From assembly GCA_041749915.1 (NCBI GenBank), contig JBGTAJ010000322.1, positions 7,165 through 71,164 on the forward strand: a stretch of DNA of 64,000 nt, written 5' to 3'. This stretch comes from Flavobacteriales bacterium (GTDB lineage: Bacteria; Bacteroidota; Bacteroidia; Flavobacteriales_F; PHOS-HE28). Position 1 is the stretch's first letter; every line of letters starts with the position of its first letter. Under the pieces are notes generated by a model. That model was given only the letters and a program-made list of their open reading frames with translations. It searched no databases and had not been told where the DNA came from. This document shows, piece by piece, positions 34,850-43,729 of this stretch. A program made the position numbers and the translations under genes.

Positions 34850-37036
34850 TTAGTTGGCCACCTCGCTCATGAACTTCAGCCGCACCATGCGCAGTTCCTC
34901 CTCGCTGTAATCACCGTCGAACTCCTGGCGCGCCGTCTCGATGTCATCGGTCTCGGCATCCTTGAAGTAGTCCATGATCTCTTCCAGGGTCTCCGGTTCG
35001 AACACGTCGTTCAGGTGGTAATTGATGTCCAGCTTGGTGCCGCTCTGCACGATGCTCTCCAGCTCGATCAGCAAGGCATCCATGGTGAGGTTGCGCGCCT
35101 TGGCGATGGCATCCAGGGGCAGTCGCTTATCGATGTTCTGGATGATGTGCACCTTGTTGCCGCTCTTGTTCACCACGGAGCGCACGGTGACCTCCTCGGC
35201 GCGCTCGATGTCGTTCTCTTCCACGTAGCGGGCGATGAGGTCGACGAAGGGCTTGCCGAATTTCTGCGCCTTGCCGGGCCCCACGCCGCTCACCTGCGTG
35301 AGCTCCTCGATGGTGACCGGGTAGCGCATGGTCATCTCCTCCAGGGAGGGATCACCGAAGAGCACCCAGGGCTGCAGCTTCCGCTTCTGGGCCTCGCTGC
35401 GACGCAGGTCCTTCAGCATCACCATGAGCTTCTCATCGGCCGCAGCACCGGGCCGCGCGATGGGCTCGTCGTCAGCGCCCTCGTAATCGCTGTAGTCCCG
35501 CTCCTTCACGAATTTGATGGAGACGGGTTTGGCGAGGAATTTCTTGCCGGCCTCGGTCAGGCTCAGGTTGCCGTAGGATTCGATGTCCTTGTGCAGGTAG
35601 CCCCCCACATTGGCCTGGCGAACGACGGCCATCCAATGGTGAAGGTCCTTTTCGGAGCCTTCGCCGTAGACCTTCAGCTTGTCGCCCTTGTAGTTCTTGA
35701 TCTCGCTCGTCTCGGTACCCGTGATCAGGTCGCAGATGAACTTGGCCCGATGGCGCTCCTTGCTCTCCTTCACCGCCTTCAGCACCATCACCAGGTCCTC
35801 CTTGCCTTCGAACTGCTCCTTGGGGTTGGCGCAGTTGTCGCAGCCTTTCTGGCATTTCGAGTCGTCGTAGAGCTCGCCGAAGTAGTGCAGGATGAACTTC
35901 CGGCGGCACATGCTGGTCTCGGCGAAGCTCACGGTATCCGCCAGCAACTGCTTGCCGATCTCCTGCTCGGCCACGGGCTTCCCTTGCAGGAACTTCTCGA
36001 GCTTCTCGATGTCCTTGTAACTGTAGAAGGCGATGCACTTGCCTTCCCCGCCATCGCGGCCGGCGCGACCGGTCTCCTGGTAGTAGCTCTCCAGGCTCTT
36101 CGGGATGTCGTGGTGGATCACGAAGCGGACATCAGGCTTGTCGATCCCCATGCCGAAAGCGATGGTCGCCACGATGACGTCCACTTCCTCCATCAGGAAC
36201 TGGTCCTGGTGGCTTGCCCGCTGGTGCGCGTCCATGCCGGCGTGGTAGGGCAGCGCCTTGATGCCGTTCACATTGAGCATCTCTGCCATCTCCTCCACCT
36301 TCTTGCGGCTCAGGCAGTAGATGATGCCGCTGCGCCCATCATGCTGCTTGATGAAGCGGATGATCTCCCGGCCCACGTCCTTCTTCGGGCGGATCTCATA
36401 GTACAGGTTCGGCCTGTTGAAACTGTCTTTGTAGACCTTGGCGTCAGGGATGTCGAGGTTCTTGAGGATGTCCTCCTGCACCTTCTCAGTGGCCGTGGCG
36501 GTGAGCGCGATCACCGGTACCCGCTTGATCTCGTCGAAGATGGTCCGCAGGCGGCGGTATTCCGGTCGGAAGTCATGTCCCCACTCACTGATGCAATGCG
36601 CTTCGTCGATGGCGAAGAAACTGATCTTGATGTCGGTGAGGAACTCGACGTTCTCCTTCTTGGTGAGCGACTCGGGCGCCACGAAGAGGATCTTGGTCCG
36701 GCCCTCGGTGATGTCCTTGCGCACCTTCAGGGTCTCGTTCCGGGTGAGCGAGCTGTTGAGGAAGTGCGCCACGCCCTCCACGTCGCTGAACCCGCGGATG
36801 GAATCCACCTGGTTCTTCATCAGCGCGATCAGCGGGCTCACCACGATCGCGGTGCCCTCCATCATCAGCGCCGGAAGCTGGTAGCACAGGCTCTTGCCTC
36901 CGCCGGTGGGCATGATCACGAAGGTGTTCTGGCCATCCAGGACGCTCTGGATGATGGATTCCTGTTCGCCTTTGAATTTGCTGAATCCGAAGAACTGTTC
37001 GAGGGCTTCTCGTGGGGTGAGGTCGACTTGTATCAT
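34850..37036 (-). CDS. recQ: ATP-dependent DNA helicase RecQ
   Basis: 728 aa with motifs MPTGGGKSLCYQLPA, DEAHCISEWGHDFRPEY and IAFGMGIDKPDVRFV, plus a C-terminal HRDC. Confidence 0.95.
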   Translation of the reverse strand: MIQVDLTPREALEQFFGFSKFKGEQESIIQSVLDGQNTFVIMPTGGGKSLCYQLPALMMEGTAIVVSPLIALMKNQVDSIRGFSDVEGVAHFLNSSLTRNETLKVRKDITEGRTKILFVAPESLTKKENVEFLTDIKISFFAIDEAHCISEWGHDFRPEYRRLRTIFDEIKRVPVIALTATATEKVQEDILKNLDIPDAKVYKDSFNRPNLYYEIRPKKDVGREIIRFIKQHDGRSGIIYCLSRKKVEEMAEMLNVNGIKALPYHAGMDAHQRASHQDQFLMEEVDVIVATIAFGMGIDKPDVRFVIHHDIPKSLESYYQETGRAGRDGGEGKCIAFYSYKDIEKLEKFLQGKPVAEQEIGKQLLADTVSFAETSMCRRKFILHYFGELYDDSKCQKGCDNCANPKEQFEGKEDLVMVLKAVKESKERHRAKFICDLITGTETSEIKNYKGDKLKVYGEGSEKDLHHWMAVVRQANVGGYLHKDIESYGNLSLTEAGKKFLAKPVSIKFVKERDYSDYEGADDEPIARPGAAADEKLMVMLKDLRRSEAQKRKLQPWVLFGDPSLEEMTMRYPVTIEELTQVSGVGPGKAQKFGKPFVDLIARYVEENDIERAEEVTVRSVVNKSGNKVHIIQNIDKRLPLDAIAKARNLTMDALLIELESIVQSGTKLDINYHLNDVFEPETLEEIMDYFKDAETDDIETARQEFDGDYSEEELRMVRLKFMSEVAN

Positions 37037-37212
37037 TGGGAGGTAACGGCAGGAGCAGATGCCGGAGATTTGAACGCTTAAATGTACGGCAACGCGACGA
37101 AATGGGAACGCCTAATTCAGGCCAATGTCGAACGGCCCGACGCGCCCCCCATTTCTGGCCTGTATCGTTGATAACTGCCGCTCGTTGGGGCGGGCCTGGC
37201 ATGCACCCCGTC

Positions 37213-37220
37213 TATCTTTG
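37213..37220 (+). promoter_or_regulatory. -7 promoter box upstream of tatC
   Basis: TATCTTTG lies 47 nt upstream of the ATG at 37268. Confidence 0.45.
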
Positions 37221-37267
37221 GTCCCTTAGCCCCCGACCTATTGGCAGCGCAACAGCCCGGCCAGGAA

Positions 37268-38092
37268 ATGACCTTTCTCGAGCACCTGGAGGAACTCCGG
37301 TGGACGCTCGTGCGCTCGGCCATCGCTATCGTGGTGGCCATGTTGGCGGCGTTCATGGCCAAGGACTTCGTGTTCGACGAGATCATCCTTGCACCCAAGC
37401 AAGGCGGGTTCATCACCTATCGCCTGTTCTGCGGGCTGGGACATGCACTGGGCATGGGCGAGGCCCTGTGCATCGGTGATCTGAACTTCACGCTCCAGAA
37501 CATCAGCATGAGCGGCCAGTTCTTCACCCACCTCATGGTCTCGTTCGTGGCCGGCTTCATTCTCGCGTTTCCCTATGTCCTCTGGGAGTTCTGGCGCTTC
37601 ATCGGCCCCGGGCTGCATCCCACCGAGCAACGTTCCCTGCGCGGTGTGGTGGTCTTTGCGACCATCCTCTTCCTGCTGGGCGTGGGGTTCGGCTATTATA
37701 TGCTGGCCCCCTTGAGCATCCAGTTCTTCGGCAGTTACCAGGTCAGCGGCTCCGTGGCGAACGCCGTTGCCTTGGACAGCTACGTGGCGATGATCACCTC
37801 CGTGACCCTTTGGACGGGCATCCTCTTCGAGATGCCCTTGGTGATCCTGTTCCTGACCAAGGCCGGCCTGGTGGGTCCTGCATTCCTGCGCACCTACCGC
37901 AAGCATGCCTTCGTGGCCATCCTGATCGCTTCTGCCATCCTCACACCACCCGATGTGGTGAGCCAGCTGATCGTTTCCGGGCCGCTGATGCTGCTCTATG
38001 AGTTCAGCATCCTGCTTTCCGCCCGGGTGGAACGGCAGATGATCAAGGAACGTCAGGCAAGCACTTCAACGCTTAAGAGCCAGCCTGCATGA
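37268..38092 (+). CDS. tatC: Twin-arginine translocase subunit TatC
   Basis: Start at MTFLEHLEELRWTLV (ATG 37268), the canonical TatC N-terminus. A TATCTTTG box lies 48 nt upstream. The track start at 37241 is a TTG. Confidence 0.9.
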   Translation: MTFLEHLEELRWTLVRSAIAIVVAMLAAFMAKDFVFDEIILAPKQGGFITYRLFCGLGHALGMGEALCIGDLNFTLQNISMSGQFFTHLMVSFVAGFILAFPYVLWEFWRFIGPGLHPTEQRSLRGVVVFATILFLLGVGFGYYMLAPLSIQFFGSYQVSGSVANAVALDSYVAMITSVTLWTGILFEMPLVILFLTKAGLVGPAFLRTYRKHAFVAILIASAILTPPDVVSQLIVSGPLMLLYEFSILLSARVERQMIKERQASTSTLKSQPA

Positions 38093-40587
38093 TGTCCCGG
38101 ACAGGCCTCTGCTTGAGATCCGTGCTGCTGATGGTCGCGACCACCGCTGCAGGGTGGGGACATGCCCAGACCACGCGGGTCAGCGGCAAGGTCACCGATG
38201 CCTCCACCGGCGAAACGCTGCCTTTCGTGAACATCGCCTTCGTGGACAGCCGCATCGGCACCACCACGGACATCGATGGCAACTACGCCATCGACACCTA
38301 TTACGCCACCGATTCCCTCAGGGTCTCCTCCGTGGGCTTCCTCCCCCGCACCCTGCCCGTGCGCAAGGACCGTGCGCAAGTGCTGGACATCGCCCTGGAG
38401 CCCAACAAGGTGCAACTCGCCGAAGTGGTGATCCGCCCGCCCGATGAGAACCCTGCCTTCACCATCCTGCGTCGCGTGGTGCAGCACAAGCCCGCCAACA
38501 ACCGCGAGAAGCTGGAGGCCTACGAATACCAGGCGTACAACAAGATCGAGTTCGACCTGAACAACATCACCGAGGAGTTCACGCAGAAGAAGCTCTTCAA
38601 GCCCTTTGCCTTCATCTTCGACAACATCGACAGCACTGGTGCCAAACCCTACCTGCCGATCTTCATGACCGAGACCCTTTCAGAGGTCTTCTACCGTCAG
38701 CGACCAAAGACCCAGCGGGAGGTGATCAAGGGGACGAAGGTGAGCGGTATCGAGAACGAGAGCGTGTCGCAGTTCATGGGCGACATGTACCAGAACATCA
38801 ACATCTACGACAACTACCTGGTGATCTTCGGGCGCAACTTCATCAGCCCCATCGCTGATGGTGGCAAGGGCTTCTACGAATACTTCCTCACCGACAGCGC
38901 CTTTGTGGGGAAGTACTGGTGCTACAAGCTTGAGTTCAAGCCCAAGCGCCCGCAGGAACTGGCCTTCCAGGGCGAGATGTGGATCAATGACACCACCTAT
39001 GCCGTGCGCCGGATCGAGGCCGGCATCCCCGAAGGGGCGAATCTGAATTTCGTGCAGGGATTCTGGGTGCGGCAGGAGTATGACCAAGTGCAGAACGAAG
39101 TGTGGATGCTGACCCGGGACGAGCTGGTCGCCGACCTGAACGTGGTCCGCGACACCGGAAAGCCCAACAAGAACCCTGTGCAGGGTCTGTATGGTCGACG
39201 GACGGCGAGCTACCGCGATTTCCTGGTGAACCGACCCCGGGAGGAGGAGTTCTATACCGGGGCGGAGCAGGTAGTGATGGCCGTTGACCCGCTCAGCGAG
39301 CAGGATGGTTACTGGGAACAGAACAGGCACGTGCCGCTGACCGAAAAGGAGGCCGCCATCTACCACATGGTGGACACCATGAAGACCATCCCACGATTCC
39401 GGACCTACATCGATATCGTGCAGACCGTAGTGACCGGTTACTATCCGATGGGGAACATTGAGCTCGGTCCCTACTTCACCACGTACAGCTTCAATGCGGT
39501 GGAGGGGAATCGTTTCCGCATGGGTGCGCGCACCAGCAGCCAGTGGAGCCGACGGGTGGAACTGGAAGGCTACACCGCCTATGGAACGAAGGACCAGGAG
39601 CTGAAATACGGTTTCGGGGGGAAAGCTTTGATCTCGAAAGCACCCCGCGTGATCATCGGGGCGTATTTCCGGCATGACATCGAGCAGTTGGGCCAGAGCG
39701 TGGGGGCCTTCCGCGAGGACAACATCCTGTCCTCGCTGTTCAGGCGACTGCCTAATGACAAGCTCACCTTGGTGGACGATTATCATGCCTACGTGGAGCG
39801 GGAGTGGTTCATGGGCTTCAGCAATACGGTGGCTTTCCGGCACCGCACCATGTTCCCGCGCGGAAGTCTGGCCTACGTCAGTGTGAGCGACGCCCAGGAG
39901 CCCGAGATCATCAACAGCATCACCACCACGGAATTGGCGCTCAACACCTACTTCGCCTACAAGGAGAAATACGTCAGCGGTGATTTCTCCCGGGTGAGCA
40001 TGGGCACGCCTTATCCCGTGCTGCAGGCCCATCTGGTGCACGGTTTCAAGGATATCCTGAACGGCGACTACGATTACACGAAGCTCATCCTGCGTGTCCA
40101 GCAACGGATCCCCTTGGGTGCGCTGGGTTTCCTGCGTTACACACTCACCGGGGGCAAGGTGTGGGGCACGCTTCCCTATCCGCTGTTGATCATCAATGCC
40201 GGCAACGAGACCTTCTACCTGGATGATATCGCCTTTAACTCCATGAACTTCTTTGAGTTCATCAACGACCGCGGCGCCACCATGTTCCTGGAGCAGCATT
40301 TCGACGGGCTCTTCTTCAACCGGGTACCGCTGTTCCGACGCCTGAAATGGCGGGAAGTGGTGGGGTTCAAGGCGGCCATCGGTGATCTGGACCCCAAGCA
40401 ACGCGAGGAGATGGAGCTGCTGCCCTTCATGAACGACCTATCCGATGGTCCCTTCATGGAGGCCTCACTGGGGGTGGAGAACATCTTCAAGGTGATGCGT
40501 GTGGACGCGGTGCGCCGCCTGACCTATCTGGACCTCCCGAATACCAAACCGTGGTCCCTCCGTTTGAAGCTTAACATCACCTTCTGA
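38089..40587 (+). CDS. CarboxypepD_reg-like plus DUF5686 domain outer-membrane protein
   Basis: 832 aa. After the signal peptide comes [36 protein letters not shown] (CarboxypepD_reg-like). The long C-terminal region is typical of Bacteroidota DUF5686 proteins. It overlaps tatC by ATGA. Confidence 0.85.
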   Translation: MMSRTGLCLRSVLLMVATTAAGWGHAQTTRVSGKVTDASTGETLPFVNIAFVDSRIGTTTDIDGNYAIDTYYATDSLRVSSVGFLPRTLPVRKDRAQVLDIALEPNKVQLAEVVIRPPDENPAFTILRRVVQHKPANNREKLEAYEYQAYNKIEFDLNNITEEFTQKKLFKPFAFIFDNIDSTGAKPYLPIFMTETLSEVFYRQRPKTQREVIKGTKVSGIENESVSQFMGDMYQNINIYDNYLVIFGRNFISPIADGGKGFYEYFLTDSAFVGKYWCYKLEFKPKRPQELAFQGEMWINDTTYAVRRIEAGIPEGANLNFVQGFWVRQEYDQVQNEVWMLTRDELVADLNVVRDTGKPNKNPVQGLYGRRTASYRDFLVNRPREEEFYTGAEQVVMAVDPLSEQDGYWEQNRHVPLTEKEAAIYHMVDTMKTIPRFRTYIDIVQTVVTGYYPMGNIELGPYFTTYSFNAVEGNRFRMGARTSSQWSRRVELEGYTAYGTKDQELKYGFGGKALISKAPRVIIGAYFRHDIEQLGQSVGAFREDNILSSLFRRLPNDKLTLVDDYHAYVEREWFMGFSNTVAFRHRTMFPRGSLAYVSVSDAQEPEIINSITTTELALNTYFAYKEKYVSGDFSRVSMGTPYPVLQAHLVHGFKDILNGDYDYTKLILRVQQRIPLGALGFLRYTLTGGKVWGTLPYPLLIINAGNETFYLDDIAFNSMNFFEFINDRGATMFLEQHFDGLFFNRVPLFRRLKWREVVGFKAAIGDLDPKQREEMELLPFMNDLSDGPFMEASLGVENIFKVMRVDAVRRLTYLDLPNTKPWSLRLKLNITF

Positions 40588-40591
40588 TCAC

Positions 40592-41323
40592 GTGCTCAAG
40601 GCTGTCAACATCTTCAAACACTACAAGCGCCGCACCGTGGTGAACGGTGTGAGCGTGCAGGTGGACCAGGGCGAGATCGTGGGCCTGCTGGGTCCCAATG
40701 GTGCCGGCAAGACCACGAGCTTCTACATGATCGTGGGCCTGGTGAAGCCCAATGAGGGCAAGGTCCTGTTGGACGACGAGGACATCACGGACCTCGCCAT
40801 GTACCGACGGGCGCAGAAAGGGATCGGCTACCTGCCGCAGGAGGCCAGCGTGTTCCGCAAGCTGAGCGTGGAGGATAACATCCGCGCCATCCTGGAAATG
40901 ACGGGCAAGAGCAAGGCGGAGCAGGCGGCCAAGCTGGAGGAACTGCTCAATGAGTTCAGCCTGCAGCATGTGCGCAAGAACATGGGCGATGTGCTGAGCG
41001 GCGGCGAACGGCGGAGGACGGAGATCGCCCGGGCGCTGGCCACCGAGCCCCGGTTCATCCTGCTCGATGAGCCCTTTGCTGGGGTGGACCCCATAGCCGT
41101 GGAGGACATCCAGGCGATCGTCGCCAAACTGAAGGAGAAGAACATCGGCATCCTGATCACGGACCACAACGTGCAGGAGACCCTGAGCATCACCGATCGC
41201 GCCTACCTGCTGTTCGAGGGCAAGATCCTGAAGCAGGGGACGGCCGAGGAGCTGGCCGCGGATGAGACGGTGCGGCGGGTGTACCTCGGGAAGAACTTCG
41301 AGCTACGGAAGAAGGTGGTGTAA
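40592..41323 (+). CDS. lptB: LPS export ABC transporter ATP-binding protein LptB
   Basis: GTG start 4 nt after the upstream stop. It has Walker [10 protein letters not shown], signature LSGGERRR and Walker [10 protein letters not shown], and LptB-like sequence throughout. Confidence 0.9.
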   Translation: MLKAVNIFKHYKRRTVVNGVSVQVDQGEIVGLLGPNGAGKTTSFYMIVGLVKPNEGKVLLDDEDITDLAMYRRAQKGIGYLPQEASVFRKLSVEDNIRAILEMTGKSKAEQAAKLEELLNEFSLQHVRKNMGDVLSGGERRRTEIARALATEPRFILLDEPFAGVDPIAVEDIQAIVAKLKEKNIGILITDHNVQETLSITDRAYLLFEGKILKQGTAEELAADETVRRVYLGKNFELRKKVV

Positions 41324-41346
41324 TCCGAGGGTCGTCGACCCTCGGG

Positions 41347-41601
41347 TCAAACCTCCTCCACGGAGAAGCTGTACTTCTCCATGATCTGGTTGGCCAGCAG
41401 CTTCTTGCAGGCCTCGTCCACCTTGGCCTCAGCCCCTTTCTTGTCGGCGGCCTCCACGTGCAGGGTGATGTGTTTGCCGATGCGTACCCCGCTGATCTCG
41501 GGCAGGCCCAAGTTGCCCATCGCACCGGTCACAGCCTTGCCTTGCGGGTCCAGCAGGTTGTCGTGTGGCATCACATCGATGGAGGCGCGGAAGTTCTTCA
41601 T
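41347..41601 (-). CDS. purS: Phosphoribosylformylglycinamidine synthase subunit PurS
   Basis: 84 aa. The segment VMPHDNLLDPQGKAVTGAMGNLG is typical of PurS. Confidence 0.9.
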   Translation of the reverse strand: MKNFRASIDVMPHDNLLDPQGKAVTGAMGNLGLPEISGVRIGKHITLHVEAADKKGAEAKVDEACKKLLANQIMEKYSFSVEEV

Positions 41602-41618
41602 GGTGCAAAGATGCGAAT

Positions 41619-41690
41619 GCGAGCGGCTAGTTGCCAGTTGGCGAGCGGCTAGTTGGCGCTTTCCTGGCCGCTTGCCGCTTGCCGACTTGC
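41619..41690. repeat. Composite repeat: GCGAGCGGCTAGTTG x2 (22-bp period) followed by GCCGCTT heptamers
   Basis: The copies lie at 41619-41633 and 41641-41655. CCGCTTGCCGCTTGCCGACTTGCC follows at about 41667-41690. This fills the pssA-purS spacer. Confidence 0.8.
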
Positions 41691-41692
41691 CA

Positions 41693-42517
41693 CTACGTCG
41701 TGGAGACTTTGGTGGGACCGAAAAGTCTACCCCACAACGGGCTGAGCAGGTACAGCACCAAGATCAGCGGCACGGCCAGCATGCCATACAGCACAACCAA
41801 CACAGCCCCGATGCCCAGGAGCAGGTAGATGACCTCGTTCCCCTTCCACTGGAAGTGCTTGAACTTGAGGGAGGGGAGGGGGATTTCGGAGAGCATTAAG
41901 GCGCCAAGAATTGCAGCGATCACAGTGATAAACGGAGTCGAAAAGAGGAAGAGGAGGAACAGTCTTATCGAGCCGTCGAAAGGGTTCAACACACCCCAGT
42001 CTGTCGCGATGGTAATGGGAATGCTTGCCCAGAAAAGACCATTCGCCGGTGTTGGAAGCCCTAAGAATCCATGTGTCTGACGTGTATCGATATTGAACTT
42101 GGCCAAGCGCCAAGCTGAGCAGATGGCAATGATCAGTGCAGCTAGGGGCGACGAACTATAGAACATTTGCATCGGCTTACCACCCATATTCATAGGTTCA
42201 TTCGATGTAGATGCTGCCAACATTAAGAACTGGTCAGGTGAAGAAGAAGGCAGAAACATCATTACCCACACAAGGAACGCCGGCGCCACCCCGAAGGTCA
42301 CCATGTCCGCCAGACTGTCCAGCTGGGCTCCCAAGGGTGAGCCGCCGCCCAGCGCCCGGGCCGCCAATCCGTCGAAGACATCGAAGAGCGCGCCGATGAA
42401 CACAAGCCAACACGCCCATGTTAATTGTCCCTGGGAGGCCAACAGGATGGAACCCATGCCGCACGCTAGGTTCGCGGTCGTGAGCAGGTCCGGAATGCGC
42501 GGTAGGCGTGCCATCAT
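41693..42517 (-). CDS. pssA: CDP-diacylglycerol--serine O-phosphatidyltransferase (CDP-alcohol phosphatidyltransferase family)
   Basis: It has the motif DVFDGLAARALGGGSPLGAQLDSLADMVTFGVAP (D-G-x2-A-R...D-x3-D) and multiple TM helices. Confidence 0.85.
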   Translation of the reverse strand: MMARLPRIPDLLTTANLACGMGSILLASQGQLTWACWLVFIGALFDVFDGLAARALGGGSPLGAQLDSLADMVTFGVAPAFLVWVMMFLPSSSPDQFLMLAASTSNEPMNMGGKPMQMFYSSSPLAALIIAICSAWRLAKFNIDTRQTHGFLGLPTPANGLFWASIPITIATDWGVLNPFDGSIRLFLLFLFSTPFITVIAAILGALMLSEIPLPSLKFKHFQWKGNEVIYLLLGIGAVLVVLYGMLAVPLILVLYLLSPLWGRLFGPTKVSTT

Positions 42518-42625
42518 TGAGCGCCTTCTGGAGGCGGGTGTGTGTTGTGGGGCCGAAGTTGGGATAAATTCGGGGCAATATCAGAGGCCACCAGGAGTTA
42601 GTAGCTGCGTCAATACATCATCGGA

Positions 42626-43729
42626 ATGAAGATCGGGAGCATGAAGGGTATGCGCAGCATGGTGGCCATTTCACTGGCCGTTTGGGGAGCTTCGGGCGCC
42701 ACGGCGCAGGATGCCCCCAAGTACAGCAACGAGTTCCTCGCCATCGGCGTGGGCGCCCGCGCCCTGGGCATGGGCAGCGCCTACACCAGCGTGGTGAACG
42801 ATGTGACCAGCGGCTACTGGAACCCGGCAGGCCTGCTGGGCGTGAAGGGCGACCTGCAGGTGGGGGCCATGCACAGCGAGTACTTCGCGGGCATCGCCAA
42901 GTATGACCACATCGGCATCGCCAAGCCCATCGATTCGCTCAGCACCATCAGCTTCACCTTCGTCCGCTTCGGCATCGACAACATTCCGAACACCATCGAC
43001 CTGATCGATCCTTCGGGCAACATCGATTATGACCGGATCACGTCCTTCAGCTCGGCGGACCACGCCTTCATCATCAGTTACGCCCGCAAGTTGAGCGTTC
43101 CCGGCCTGCGCCTGGGAGGCAGTGCCAAGGTGATCTACCGGCGCGTGGGCGAGTTCGGCAAGGCCTGGGGATTCGGGCTCGATGCCGGGGCGCAGTACGA
43201 GCGGAACCGCTGGCGTTTCTCCGCTGTGGCCCGTGACATCACCGGCACGTTCAACGCCTGGAGCTACACACTGGACCAGCGCACCATCGATGTCTTCAGC
43301 CAGACCGGCAACGACATTCCGGTGAACAGCGTGGAGGTGACCCTGCCCCGCCTGATGCTGGGCGCGGCGCACCAGTTCAAGTTCGGCTCTAAGTTCGATC
43401 TCATCGCTGCCGTCGAGCTGGAGAACACCTTCGACGGACAACGGAACACGCTCATCCAAAGTGATGCGATCAGCACCGACCCGCGTCTGGGGCTCGAGCT
43501 GGGCTATGCGGGCATCGTGTACATCCGGACAGGGATCTCCAACATCCAGTACGTCACGGACATCGCCGATCAGCGGGAACTGTCCATCCAACCCAACATC
43601 GGACTGGGCCTGAAGATCAAGAGCTTCTCCCTGGATTACGCCCTCACGGACATCGGGGATAACAGTGTGGCGCTGTACTCCAACATCTTCTCCATCAAGT
43701 TCGACCTCTTCAAGAAGACCGCTACATGA
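42626..43729 (+). CDS. PorV/PorQ-family outer-membrane beta-barrel (PorV2-like T9SS shuttle candidate)
   Basis: After the signal peptide comes YSNEFLAIGVGARALGMGSAYTSVVNDVTSGYWNPAGL, the conserved PorV/LptO-family N-terminal strand region. It overlaps the next gene by ATGA. Confidence 0.8.
   Translation: MKIGSMKGMRSMVAISLAVWGASGATAQDAPKYSNEFLAIGVGARALGMGSAYTSVVNDVTSGYWNPAGLLGVKGDLQVGAMHSEYFAGIAKYDHIGIAKPIDSLSTISFTFVRFGIDNIPNTIDLIDPSGNIDYDRITSFSSADHAFIISYARKLSVPGLRLGGSAKVIYRRVGEFGKAWGFGLDAGAQYERNRWRFSAVARDITGTFNAWSYTLDQRTIDVFSQTGNDIPVNSVEVTLPRLMLGAAHQFKFGSKFDLIAAVELENTFDGQRNTLIQSDAISTDPRLGLELGYAGIVYIRTGISNIQYVTDIADQRELSIQPNIGLGLKIKSFSLDYALTDIGDNSVALYSNIFSIKFDLFKKTAT

Noticed and set aside
35015-37081. 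A 688-aa + strand ORF.
   Set aside because: It is antisense to RecQ, whose helicase motifs are unambiguous. It has low-complexity composition and no start context.
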